This document shows, piece after piece, positions 21,966-31,290 of a stretch of 64,000 nucleotides of DNA. Each line of letters opens with the position of its first letter. Position 1 is the first letter of the stretch. The DNA comes from Candidatus Latescibacterota bacterium (GTDB taxonomy: Bacteria > Latescibacterota > UBA2968). The notes below the pieces were generated by a model. The model saw only the letters and a list, made by a program, of their open reading frames with translations. It did not search any database and was not told where the DNA came from. The stretch is from assembly GCA_965204745.1 (NCBI GenBank), contig OZ242010.1:1856001-1920000 (forward strand), read 5' to 3'. A program made the translations under genes and the position numbers.

Positions 21966-22811
21966 ATGATGAACGAGTGCCGTGCGGTTTTCGTCCGATT
22001 CCGCTTACTCGCATGCCGGTTGGCGTTTTTGTTTTGCGCGATCCACAGCGCTTATTTGTCCGCGCATGCGGCGTTTGAGTTTCAGCCCGTCGGCGCGCAT
22101 ACCGCAGGCGCGGGCGATGTGGGGGTCGCGCTGGCAACGGGTGCTGCAGGCGCGTTTTGGAATCCCGCGGCAGTGGCATGGGGCAAGCGGTTGAGCGCGT
22201 TCGCCGCGTATGACCGCCCTTATGGCATGGCCGAACTGACGACGCAGGCGTTGAGCGCGGGCATCCGGATCGGGCGTCACGGCTTGGGCATGCGATATAT
22301 GGGCTTTGGATTTTCGTTGTACAAAGAGCGGGTATTTGGCGCGGTTTGCGGATTGCGCGTATCCGGGCAAGCGAGTGTGGGCTTGGGCGTGCGCGTCTTG
22401 CAAATCAGCGCGGCGGGCATGCCCACAACGCAATGGACGGTCTTTGATCTGGGGCTACGCTGGCGGTTGCGCGAAGGCGTGTTTCTCGGCGCAGTGGCGC
22501 GGAATGCAGGCGGCAAGGACGCATCGGTTTTGGGACAAGGAGGGGCCGTTGGTGTTGGCGTTGACGTGATGCCGCAGGTGGTCGTGGTGGCAGATGTGCA
22601 AAAGGAGGCAAATTTTCCCGTGGGCGCGGGCATTGGGATGCTGTACCGCGTTCACCCGCAACTCGTGATCCGCACCGGGATGGGCACTCGCCCCGAGCGA
22701 TTGAGCGCGGGGTTTGGCGTGCGGCAAAACGGCCTTGCCGTGGATTACGCTGCTATGTGGCACACCGTGCTGGGCATAACGCATCGCGCATCCGTGATCG
22801 TGGCGTACTAA
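21966..22811 (+). CDS. Outer-membrane beta-barrel protein, PorV/PorQ/FadL-like (start uncertain)
   Basis: Signal-like N-terminus, FWNPA motif, alternating beta-strand pattern, VDYA..H..LG.TH end, terminal Tyr. Confidence 0.65.
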   Translation: MMNECRAVFVRFRLLACRLAFLFCAIHSAYLSAHAAFEFQPVGAHTAGAGDVGVALATGAAGAFWNPAAVAWGKRLSAFAAYDRPYGMAELTTQALSAGIRIGRHGLGMRYMGFGFSLYKERVFGAVCGLRVSGQASVGLGVRVLQISAAGMPTTQWTVFDLGLRWRLREGVFLGAVARNAGGKDASVLGQGGAVGVGVDVMPQVVVVADVQKEANFPVGAGIGMLYRVHPQLVIRTGMGTRPERLSAGFGVRQNGLAVDYAAMWHTVLGITHRASVIVAY

Positions 22812-22837
22812 CCCACTGATTTTCAAGGGATTCGCGC

Positions 22838-22866
22838 TTGACAGGGTTTGGGCCTTCGGCTATTTT
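22838..22866 (+). promoter_or_regulatory. Sigma70-type promoter for the PASTA gene
   Basis: TTGACA-17 bp-TATTTT upstream of a GGAGG RBS. Confidence 0.55.
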
Positions 22867-22892
22867 GACCGTTCAAAATTTCGGAGGCAGGC

Positions 22893-23633
22893 ATGGATTT
22901 GGTTCGCAAAATTTTGCGCGAAGCCGCCCTGTTTTGCGCGTGTGCCATCTTTGTGGCAGGCGTCGGGTTGATCCTCATGGATCAAATCGTCATGCCGCGC
23001 TACGTGCGCCAAGGCGTGGAAGTAACCGTGCCCGATCTCAAAGGACTGACACCCGAGCAGGCACGGGCGCGGTTGCAGGCAGAGGGCCTGCACATGAAAG
23101 AACGCGAACCGCGATGGGATGCGTCCATGCCCGCGGGGCAAATCGCGTGGCAAAACCCGGCCGCGCTGTCGCACGTCAAGCCCCATCGCACGGTCTATGT
23201 CGCGCCGAGTTTGGGCGAGCGTCTGTACGCCGTGCCGGATCTTCGCAACCGGCCCTTGCGACAGGCGCGGTTGTGGATCGCCCGAGCAGAATTGGCGGTC
23301 GGCGAGGTCATCGAGATGGCCTCGGCAGAGATCGAGGAAGGCAATATCATCGAGCAGACGCCCAAAGCCGGCGAGCAAGTCGTCCACGGGACGCCGGTCG
23401 CGCTCACAGTGAGCACCGGGCCACATCGCGCTTTTGTCGCCATGCCCGTGGTGGAGGAACTCAAATTGGACGACGCGCGGCGTTTGTTGTCCTCCCTCGG
23501 CCTGCGCGCAGACAATATCCGCTACGAATTTAGCACCGCGTACGAACCCGACGTCGTCATTCGCCAAGACCCCGAACCCGACACGCCGATCAAACGCGGG
23601 ACAAGCGTGCAACTTGTCGTGAGTAAGTTGTGA
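22893..23633 (+). CDS. PASTA domain-containing membrane protein (three PASTA repeats)
   Basis: N-terminal TM; VPDLKG, VPDLRN and MPVVEE repeats with Q.P..G motifs. Confidence 0.88.
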   Translation: MDLVRKILREAALFCACAIFVAGVGLILMDQIVMPRYVRQGVEVTVPDLKGLTPEQARARLQAEGLHMKEREPRWDASMPAGQIAWQNPAALSHVKPHRTVYVAPSLGERLYAVPDLRNRPLRQARLWIARAELAVGEVIEMASAEIEEGNIIEQTPKAGEQVVHGTPVALTVSTGPHRAFVAMPVVEELKLDDARRLLSSLGLRADNIRYEFSTAYEPDVVIRQDPEPDTPIKRGTSVQLVVSKL

Positions 23634-23696
23634 AAGGCGTAAAGGCGTAAAGGCGTAAAGGCGTAAAGGCGTAAAGGCGTAAAGGCGTAAAGGCGT
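23633..23696. repeat. (AAAGGCGT)8 perfect octamer tandem repeat
   Basis: Counted directly; starts at the PASTA gene stop. Confidence 0.95.
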
Positions 23697-23729
23697 GAGA
23701 GGTAAGAGGCAAGATACTCTCTTAAAAGG

Positions 23730-24737
23730 TCAAGGGGTTTTCGGGGTGATTCGATAGAATTTTTCGCCCTCAAAATCTTGGTCATGGCGCAACATGCCCC
23801 AGATCGAATGGAGCAACTTTCGCATCACCGCAACGATAGCCTGCAAAGGTTTCTTGCCGCGGGCGATGAGTTGGTCATAGAAGGCTTTGACATGGCCTTC
23901 GTGTCTGATGGCCACCCAGGCAGGCATATAGAGGGCATGGCGGAGGTACTTATTCCCGGTTTTCGAGATGCGTCTTTGTGGATTGGCGGTTCCGGATTGT
24001 TTGGGTTTGGGATCCAGGCCTGCATGTGCGACCCACTGGGGCGGTTGCATCTCCTCTGGCAAAAGGGTCAACTCGGCCAAGAGCCGCAAGGCACTCGTTT
24101 GCGCGATGCCAGGCGTCGAGCAGAGGCGTTGGTAGGCACGCTTGAGGGGCTCATCGTGCAAAACGAGATCGAGGGCTTGGCTTTCCAAGTATGCAATCCG
24201 GCGTTTGAAGTGTCGAATATTCACCTGAATATCGCGTGCGATGAGACGTGTGCTGCGGATGTGGTAGCTCTGCGCGTGGTTGCGGCTCTGTTCGCGGATG
24301 ATCTCCTGCTTGAGTTGGTCAATGCGTCTGGTGAGGGCTTGCAGTTGAAGCCGTTGCTCGCTCGGCGCTTGCCAAGGCACAAAAGGCATGCGCTCGGCAT
24401 AGTCGAGGATCAACAACGCATCCTTCGCATCCGTCTTCGCCCGTTGCATGCAGGCTTGGGCGTACTTGCTCATCGCTTTGGGATTGACGACCATGACCTT
24501 TGTGTGGCGATGCCGATGCAAGGCCAAGGCCACCCCCAAACTGTAAAGCCCGGTCGCTTCGAGGCACACAGAGACCATGTGCCCGCCCTTCGTGAGCCAC
24601 TTCAGCAACCGCTTATGCGCTTGGGGATCATTGGCAAAGGTCGCTTGCATGACAGCTTGTCCGGGTCTGGACAGGGCAACGGACAACGTGCGGGCACTGA
24701 CATCAATGCCGGCAAAAGCGGGGTGAGATTTCGACAT
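23730..24737 (-). CDS. IS110-family DEDD recombinase
   Basis: GIDVS, CLEATG, KTDAKDA, PGI, QSG, RISKTGN.YLR, AVMRKL; AGGAGG RBS. Confidence 0.95.
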   Translation of the reverse strand: MSKSHPAFAGIDVSARTLSVALSRPGQAVMQATFANDPQAHKRLLKWLTKGGHMVSVCLEATGLYSLGVALALHRHRHTKVMVVNPKAMSKYAQACMQRAKTDAKDALLILDYAERMPFVPWQAPSEQRLQLQALTRRIDQLKQEIIREQSRNHAQSYHIRSTRLIARDIQVNIRHFKRRIAYLESQALDLVLHDEPLKRAYQRLCSTPGIAQTSALRLLAELTLLPEEMQPPQWVAHAGLDPKPKQSGTANPQRRISKTGNKYLRHALYMPAWVAIRHEGHVKAFYDQLIARGKKPLQAIVAVMRKLLHSIWGMLRHDQDFEGEKFYRITPKTP

Positions 24738-24809
24738 GGGGGCCTCCTGTGATGAGGGGGTTGTAAGGGATCTGGTGCGCGCTCGGGGTCGCGTCCCGAC
24801 CATTGACGC

Positions 24810-24990
24810 CAAGTCTACCGGTCTTGTATATGCAGCCTCAAGGGGCTTAGATACTCTTCGGCATAGACCCGGCGGTCGGGGGGCCTATCTTACCTACAAG
24901 GTCATCGCCTTCAAGAGGGGCCGGCCTTCCCCGAGCCGGGCATCAAGATGGCTTATCTCGATACGAGGGCGCAACTCCTAATTAACCCTT
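24810..24990 (-). ncRNA. Predicted IS110 bridge RNA (ends approximate)
   Basis: Two stem-enclosed internal loops; guides match the target (24912-24920, 24888-24895) and the donor junction (24849-24857, 24822-24829). Confidence 0.8.
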
Positions 24991-25125
24991 ACTTCCAAGA
25001 TACAAGAGGGGAGAAGGCCAGCCGATTACCCCAAAATGCGAGGAGTGGATCGTAGGGACAGGCACAGGGCCTGTCCAAATCCGCGGTTAGCGAAACAAAT
25101 TAACCCTTTCGAGAAAGGAATGACG

Positions 25126-27096
25126 ATGTCGAAGAAAATCATTGCTTATGGCATGGACGGTTTTATCACGCCGATGATGAAGCATTTTGCCGATGAGGGA
25201 TCGTTGCCGACGTTTAAGCGGTTGATTGACGAGGGCGCGGTCAATGAGACGTTTCCGTCCTTTCCGGTGTGGACGCCCACGAATTGGGCCACCCTCTCCA
25301 CGGGCGCGCACACGGGTACGCACAGCGTCACGCGCTGGCGAGTCGAGGTCGCGCCGGGCGAGCGCGTCAATTCGTTTGACGGTCGCGCCAACAATGCCCA
25401 ACGCATCTGGAACGCCCTTGAGCGCGAGGGCCTGAAAGGCGTGGCCCTGCACTATCCGGCAGCGCATCCGTCCGGCGTGGAAACCGGGTATGTGATCGAC
25501 GGGTTCGGGCATCCTGGGCACGCGAGTACGGATTATGAAATCGCCGCGGCGCAGGCTTATACCACGGCGGCGCAGGGCGAGGAGACCGTGCAGATGGACC
25601 ACGACGGCACAGCCGTGCGCCGCAGGCAGCGCAGCATTGCATCCATCCCCGCGCTCGCGCCGGCCAAGGGCTGGACAAATCTTCCGCAAAGCGCGTTGCC
25701 GCCGCTCGCTTCTGCCATCGAGATCCACGCGCGCTTGGGCGGCGACATCAATCGCTTTTACCTGCTCGCATTTGCCCATACAGGCAATGGATACGACGCG
25801 CTACGGGTCTGCCGATCAAGAGATGGCAACGACCACATCGCGGAGGCCAAGACCGGTTCATGGAGCAATTGGGCCATTGAACCGTTCCACATCGCGGGCC
25901 GCACACAGCGCGCCGCAGTGCGTTTCAAACTCCTCGAACTCGAACCCGATGGCACGCACCTCAAGCTGTACCGCTCGCAGATCACGTACGCGGATGGCTT
26001 CACCTATCCAGACGATTTGGCCGCCGAACTCATCCACCGCTTTGGCCCCTATCAAGAACACGCCTCGATGACGCCCTATACCGCGGGCATGACCGATTTT
26101 GACACCGCGCTTGAAGAATGCGCGTATCAAGGCATGTGGTTTGCCGATGTCGCCAATTACATGCTCCAAGAAAAAGATGCCAATTTCTTCATCTGTCACT
26201 GGCATCTCTACGACTACCTCAACCACATCCACCTCGATGGCGTCGATCCGGTGTGCCCTGCATACCGTGCGGACAAGGCGAACGCGGTCATGGACTTGTT
26301 CCGCAAGGCGTACATCGTCGGGGACGAGGTCCTCAAACGCCTGTGGGATGCCGCGGATGAGACCACCTGTGTCGGCGTGCTGTCCGATCACGGCGCGTCG
26401 CCAGATGTGCGGATTGCCAACATCCGAAAATTCCTGCACGACAAGGGATTCACCGTGCTCAAAGCAGATGCCAGCGACGGGGTTGAACGAGACGAAGTCC
26501 TCGAAAGCGAAATCGACTTTGAAAAAACCCGTGCGTACCTCAAAGACGACAAGGGCTTCGATATATGGATCAACGCCGAACCCGGCCCCGAGTTTGACGC
26601 GATTGAACGCGATCTCCTCCTCGCCCTCCGCACTTGGGTCGATGAAGAGGTCGGGCGCAATGTCATCGCCATTGCCCTGCCCAAGCGCGACGCGTACATG
26701 CTCGGGCAATGGGGCGATCAGTGCGGCGATGTGGTTTTCGCATGGGATCACGGCTATGTCAGCGGGTACTACGGCCAATGGAAGGGCATTGTGGGCGGCG
26801 GGTGCGTGGGCGCGCCCGAGGTTTTCGGCGCGCATCACGGGGGCTTTATCCCCACGCGCAGCGAGATTTCTTCGAGTTTTGGATCGTTTCACTTGGCGGG
26901 CCCGGGCATCAAAAAGGGCTACGAACGCCCGACGGACAAACTCGGGTATATCCACGCGGTCGATGTGGTGCCCACGCTTTGCCACCTCTTCGGCATCGCC
27001 CCACCCGACCAAAGCCAAGGCGCGATTGCCTACGATATCCTGCAAGGTCACGAGATGGTGCGGAAAAGAGCCACAAAAGGCACGAGCGGGGTATAA
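25126..27096 (+). CDS. Alkaline phosphatase superfamily protein (phosphodiesterase/nucleotide pyrophosphatase-like)
   Basis: IIAYGMDG, TPTNWATLSTG, DYLNH, SDHG, GAHHG, DVVPTL. Confidence 0.85.
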   Translation: MSKKIIAYGMDGFITPMMKHFADEGSLPTFKRLIDEGAVNETFPSFPVWTPTNWATLSTGAHTGTHSVTRWRVEVAPGERVNSFDGRANNAQRIWNALEREGLKGVALHYPAAHPSGVETGYVIDGFGHPGHASTDYEIAAAQAYTTAAQGEETVQMDHDGTAVRRRQRSIASIPALAPAKGWTNLPQSALPPLASAIEIHARLGGDINRFYLLAFAHTGNGYDALRVCRSRDGNDHIAEAKTGSWSNWAIEPFHIAGRTQRAAVRFKLLELEPDGTHLKLYRSQITYADGFTYPDDLAAELIHRFGPYQEHASMTPYTAGMTDFDTALEECAYQGMWFADVANYMLQEKDANFFICHWHLYDYLNHIHLDGVDPVCPAYRADKANAVMDLFRKAYIVGDEVLKRLWDAADETTCVGVLSDHGASPDVRIANIRKFLHDKGFTVLKADASDGVERDEVLESEIDFEKTRAYLKDDKGFDIWINAEPGPEFDAIERDLLLALRTWVDEEVGRNVIAIALPKRDAYMLGQWGDQCGDVVFAWDHGYVSGYYGQWKGIVGGGCVGAPEVFGAHHGGFIPTRSEISSSFGSFHLAGPGIKKGYERPTDKLGYIHAVDVVPTLCHLFGIAPPDQSQGAIAYDILQGHEMVRKRATKGTSGV

Positions 27097-27232
27097 GAGA
27101 GCCACAAAAGGCACAAAAGGCACAAAAGGGGTACAACTGGCAACAGCCAGTTCAAAGGCACAAAAGGGGTACAACTGGCGATAGTCCGTTCAAAGGCGGG
27201 CCGTGTGTAGGGGCGATGCCCCCGTGCTCGTC
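27066..27232. repeat. CACAAAAGG / GGGGTACAACTGGC composite repeat plus GTAG-type REP-like palindrome
   Basis: Inverted relative to 6470-6640; GTGTAGGGGCGATGCCCCCGTGCTCG also present (one mismatch) at ~20410-20435. Confidence 0.7.
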
Positions 27233-27266
27233 CAAAGATACAAGGTATAAGGGTGGGGGAAGCTCG

Positions 27267-27506
27267 GTGATAGACTTTGAGATTCTTGGAGAAATTACAC
27301 AAATCGAACCCATTGCCAGAGGACCTGGCGTGCGTGACCGAGCGCGATTGCAAAAACAATACGGGCCAGGTAGATGGCGCAAATTGAAGGGCGTGGCGCG
27401 CGTGCGCCTACTTGACAACAGCATCAGGATCGCTGAAATTCATTGGTACGAAGCGCATGGTATTGGAAAAAAAGAATTTAAACTCAAACTCCCCTTTCTC
27501 GGCTGA
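27267..27506 (+). CDS. Small basic hypothetical protein, putative toxin
   Basis: GTG start; RWRKLKG...AEIHWYEAHGIGKKE motif; 2-bp gap to next gene. Confidence 0.65.
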   Translation: MIDFEILGEITQIEPIARGPGVRDRARLQKQYGPGRWRKLKGVARVRLLDNSIRIAEIHWYEAHGIGKKEFKLKLPFLG

Positions 27507-27508
27507 TT

Positions 27509-27757
27509 ATGACAAAAGAAAATCATTTTCCCCGACACTTTGCCCTCTGTATCGACAATGAGGGATACGAGGCTTCGCTCGAAGTGGGCAAGGTTTATCG
27601 CGTCATTCCCGATGAAGCCGCCGCCGATCATGGCTATATTCGCATCGTTGATGAAAGCGGTGAAGATTACGCTTTTGGCGACCACCGCTTTCATCGCATT
27701 GCCCTGCCCGCTGCCGTTGGTGAAGTGTTGATATCTGCCCAGCGAGTCGTAGATTGA
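27509..27757 (+). CDS. Small acidic hypothetical protein, putative antitoxin
   Basis: CIDNEGYEASLE..KVY..IPD...GYIRIVDESGEDY motif. Confidence 0.7.
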   Translation: MTKENHFPRHFALCIDNEGYEASLEVGKVYRVIPDEAAADHGYIRIVDESGEDYAFGDHRFHRIALPAAVGEVLISAQRVVD

Positions 27758-27770
27758 GGAGGCGAATCAC

Positions 27771-28046
27771 ATGTTCGATATTCACGGCGTTCTGAAGGAC
27801 TTGTCCAAGCATCGCCCGATCTTTTGTTCGGAGGCGGATTTCCAAGACGCTCTCGCATGGCAGATTCAGGAGGCGATGCCGGATTGTGAGATTGGATCTC
27901 TCCAAAAAAAGAAATACCGGACCTTTGTATTCCGTCTGAACGCATTGCAAAAGCAAAGGGCTTGCGAGATCGAATCGCAAGCCCTTCTGTCTCAAAATCA
28001 AACCGTCTTTTTGGGATCAAGATGCCCACTTGAGCTTTTTCTTTGA
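27771..28046 (+). pseudogene. Truncated hypothetical (nuclease-like N-terminus)
   Basis: Good GAGGAGG RBS; RPIFCSEADFQDALAW start, then degenerates and overlaps the convergent brnA. Confidence 0.45.
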
Positions 28047-28223
28047 CTGGACGCAGTCCAGCAGATACAGGTTGATCAAATTCTGGTATGGAATACCCGT
28101 TTCGTCCGCCAAGTCCTTAAAATACGCGATAACATCCGTCCCCAAGCGCAATGTGACTTGCTTTTTCAAATGCTTTGTATATGGGTTTTTGACGGATTTC
28201 GAGAAGTCGTATTCTTTTTTCAT
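28017..28223 (-). CDS. brnA: BrnA-family antitoxin
   Basis: MKKEYDFSKSVKNPY...VTLRL..DVIAYFK...GIPYQNLINLYL. Confidence 0.9.
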   Translation of the reverse strand: MKKEYDFSKSVKNPYTKHLKKQVTLRLGTDVIAYFKDLADETGIPYQNLINLYLLDCVQSKKKLKWAS

Positions 28224-28331
28224 CGCAAATACCTTTCGTATTGTCGTTGTTCGTTGTTGTTGGCCTTTCGCGCAGAAATAATTCTGATCACTGTATCCTC
28301 CTCTCGATGACAGTGGCTGACAACCAAAATT
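28220..28331 (-). pseudogene. 5'-truncated BrnT toxin remnant
   Basis: ILVVSHCHREEDTVIRIISARKA C-terminus with ATGA coupling to brnA; N-terminal half absent. Confidence 0.8.
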
Positions 28332-28342
28332 AGGAGAAAACC

Positions 28343-29077
28343 ATGAGATTGCAAAACAAAAACATCGTCGTCACCGGGGGGGCGTCGGGGATTGGGCGGG
28401 CCGCGGCGCGATGCTGTGCGCGGGAAGGCGCGCGCGTGGCGGTTGTGGATTTGGATGGGGAGGGCGTTGAACGCACGGTGCGGGAAATCGAACGGGCAGG
28501 TGGATGTGCAAATGGGTTTCGGGCAGATGTGAAAGACGAGGCGCAGGTGCGCGACTTGTTTGACGATATCGGCGGAGCCTTTGGGCACATCGACGGCTTG
28601 ATCCACGCCGCGGGCATCCTCGAAGGCGCGCTCGTTCCCGTGGATGACTTTGACGAAGTGACGTGGGACAGGGTCATCGACATCAATTTGAAAGGGAGTT
28701 TTCTCGCGGCAAAGTACGCGGTGCCGTGGATGGAAAACGCGGGCAAAGGCGTCATCGCGCTCATCGCGTCTGGCGCGGGGGTCAAAGGCGGGAGTTCATC
28801 TGTGGCGTATGGATCGAGCAAGGGCGGCGTTCACGGCTTGTCCTTGGTGCTGGCAGCGCAACTGGGCAACCGCAAGATCCGCGTTCACGGCGTTTGCCCG
28901 GGCGGGATTGAGACCCCGTTGAAAATGCGCGTCGTCCAAAAACAAGCCGATGCCTCGAGGCGCGATGTGGCGCACTTGGCTGCCGGGCTTGGCGACCCCG
29001 AGGGCGTGGGCAAAATTTTGTCCTTTCTCGTATCTGACGACGCGGATTACGTGCGCGGCACGATTTTCACGCGATAG
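28343..29077 (+). CDS. Short-chain dehydrogenase/reductase
   Basis: TGGASGIG, YGSSK, PGGIET; AGGAG RBS. Confidence 0.92.
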   Translation: MRLQNKNIVVTGGASGIGRAAARCCAREGARVAVVDLDGEGVERTVREIERAGGCANGFRADVKDEAQVRDLFDDIGGAFGHIDGLIHAAGILEGALVPVDDFDEVTWDRVIDINLKGSFLAAKYAVPWMENAGKGVIALIASGAGVKGGSSSVAYGSSKGGVHGLSLVLAAQLGNRKIRVHGVCPGGIETPLKMRVVQKQADASRRDVAHLAAGLGDPEGVGKILSFLVSDDADYVRGTIFTR

Positions 29078-29086
29078 GAGGCGACC

Positions 29087-29956
29087 ATGCGCTTGGGTGT
29101 TGTTGGCCTGTTGCCCCGGGATTTTCGCACTTTAGAACCGGCCCATCTGCAAGCCGTGCAAAACCTCGGCTTCACGGGTTGCGCGTTTCACTTTCCCGGA
29201 GAACTGTGCGGGGAAATCACCACTGTGGACACGGCGCGGTGCCGCGCGCTTTTTGCTGACCACGAGCTCGACCTCGCGCAATTTTCCATCACTTATTCGG
29301 AATGCCTGTTTGACCCGGATGCAGACGTGCGAAATGCCATTGTCGCCAAAATCAAACGGGGCGCGGAAATCGCCGCGGGCCTGTCTGCCCAGACCTACTT
29401 GTTGCGCCCGGGCAGCCGCAATCCCGCGGGCAGTTGGACGCCCCATCGCCACAACCACACGCGAGCGGCCTGGGACTGCCTCATCCAAACCCTGCGCGAC
29501 ATCGCGCCCACGCTCGAACAACGCGGCGTCACAGGGGTCATGGAAACCCACCTCGTCTCCATCCTCAAAAACCCGCACACCTGCCGCGCTATGGTCGAAA
29601 GCGTGGGGTCTGCCAACCTGCGCTTGGTGATGGACTACGTGAATCACTTCGAGACCCTGAGCCAAGTCTATGACAGCGCAGAACGGTTGGATCACATCTT
29701 CGCCGAGATGGGCGCGTACGCGCCGATTATGCACATCAAGGATATCGCTATCGGCAAGGGACTCGTGCTCCACCTCGATGAAACCGTGCCAGGCCATGGC
29801 GAACTCGACCTCGCGCATTGCTTGCGGCACTTCCAACGCCTCTTTCCCGACAACTACGGCCTCATCGAACACCTTCCCCCCGACCGCATTCCCGAAGCCG
29901 CGACCAACACGCACGATATTGCGGAGCGGGCGGGCGTTCCGATAGGCGAAAAGTAG
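29087..29956 (+). CDS. Sugar phosphate isomerase/epimerase (xylose-isomerase-like TIM barrel)
   Basis: MET, MDYVN, HIKD, PGHG.LD, IEH metal ligands; GGAGG RBS. Confidence 0.85.
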   Translation: MRLGVVGLLPRDFRTLEPAHLQAVQNLGFTGCAFHFPGELCGEITTVDTARCRALFADHELDLAQFSITYSECLFDPDADVRNAIVAKIKRGAEIAAGLSAQTYLLRPGSRNPAGSWTPHRHNHTRAAWDCLIQTLRDIAPTLEQRGVTGVMETHLVSILKNPHTCRAMVESVGSANLRLVMDYVNHFETLSQVYDSAERLDHIFAEMGAYAPIMHIKDIAIGKGLVLHLDETVPGHGELDLAHCLRHFQRLFPDNYGLIEHLPPDRIPEAATNTHDIAERAGVPIGEK

Positions 29957-30035
29957 CCACCCCCAAATTCCAGTTGTCAGTTGTCAGTTGTCAGTTGTCA
30001 GTTGTCAGTTGTCAGTTGTCAGTTGTCAGTTGTCA

Positions 30036-31017
30036 ATGCGAATCAAGAGTAGAAAGCGAGTAAGAAGCAAGCCGCGGTCAATCGCCCAAAGACATGAACG
30101 AGTAAGCCCTCATAGGATCGTACCCGAGACGCCATCGAGATGTTCGTCTTTCGTTCAATCCAACTGAACAAGGCCTCTATAGGCTGTCGCATGCTCGAAA
30201 CCGCCCGAGAAAAGTCTTTTTCGGCCTCGGTCAGGCTTTCTTGTCCCTTCTTTCGCTTCACCGGCGTCTCGAAGATCAGGTTCTGCTGCTTGCTAAGCGT
30301 ATCTTTTAAGGGCTGATCGGCGTAGAGTTTATCGCCGTAGAGGTGTCCATCACGCAAAACGGGTAAGACTTGTCGCAAAGCGGTCAGGTCATGCTCTGCT
30401 GCGCCTGTCAAGCCGAAGTACTCTGCTTTGGGCAGGCCATTCGCTCGGTCTTGTGCGACAATGTGCAGTTTAGTGCCGTAATACCACATCTTTTTGGAAG
30501 CGCAGCGGCCTTTGTTGGCCCGTTGTTCTTCAGCCACACATGCCTTTCCGCTACGTGCCGATTGTGCCATGACAATCGGCATGGAATCCACCAAGTAGGT
30601 GTGTTCACAGACATCGGTTGCGGGACTGTCCTTTTGGATCTGTTCAATCAATGGCGCGAAGACCACACACAAGCGGTTCAACCGCTGGATATAGCCTGCA
30701 TAAGTGGGCAGATTGGGAAACCAGTCGAACAGATGATCCTTGGTATAGGTATAAATCGCCTTGATCTGCGTGTGCTGTTGCATGATCCCAAACAAATAGA
30801 TCGTCAGCACTTCTTCATCTGTGAAGGTCGGCGTGTCGTTGTTACTCATGCGTTCCGTATAAAACCACAGATGCTTTTGGTCATACTGCTGACAAATATA
30901 GACATACAAGTGAAAGTTTATCTTGCCAATCCATCGCGTGCTCCTTCCTTTAAGGGTGAAATGACTGAGCCCTCAAGAAAAGACAAGTACGCGATGGATT
31001 CAACTCTTAATTCGCAT
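30036..31017 (-). mobile_element. IS982-family element, second copy
   Basis: Same IRs (one mismatch), TSD TGTCA, opposite orientation to the 20476 copy. Confidence 0.9.
30043..30934 (-). pseudogene. IS982 transposase frameshifted near the N-terminus
   Basis: AAACTTTCAC versus AAACTCATTCAC in the intact copy (2-bp deletion near 30914); a downstream TTG at 30909 could restart. Confidence 0.8.
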
Positions 31018-31290
31018 TGTCAGTTGTCAGTTGTCAGTTGTCAGTTGTCAGTTGTCAGTTGTCAGTTGTCAGTTGTCAGTTGTCAGTTGTCAGTTGTCAG
31101 TTGTCAGTTGTCAGTTGTCAGTTGTCAGTTGTCAGTTGTCAGTTGTCAGTTGTCAGTTGTCAGTTGTCAGTTGTCAGTTGTCAGTTGTCAGTTGTCAGTT
31201 GTCAGTTGTCAGTTGTCAGTTGTCAGTTGTCAGTTGTCAGTTGTCAGTTGTCAGTTGTCAGTTGTCAGTTGTCAGTTGTCAGTTGTCAGT

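Larger units (their letters stand above)
23710..25007 (-). mobile_element. IS110-family element
   Basis: No terminal IR; CAAGA core repeated at 23710-23714 and 25003-25007; long non-coding end upstream of the recombinase. Confidence 0.8.

Noticed and set aside
26709-27266. 265-aa ORF upstream extension
   Set aside because: Overlaps the phosphatase gene and repeats; only the last 79 codons look like a real protein
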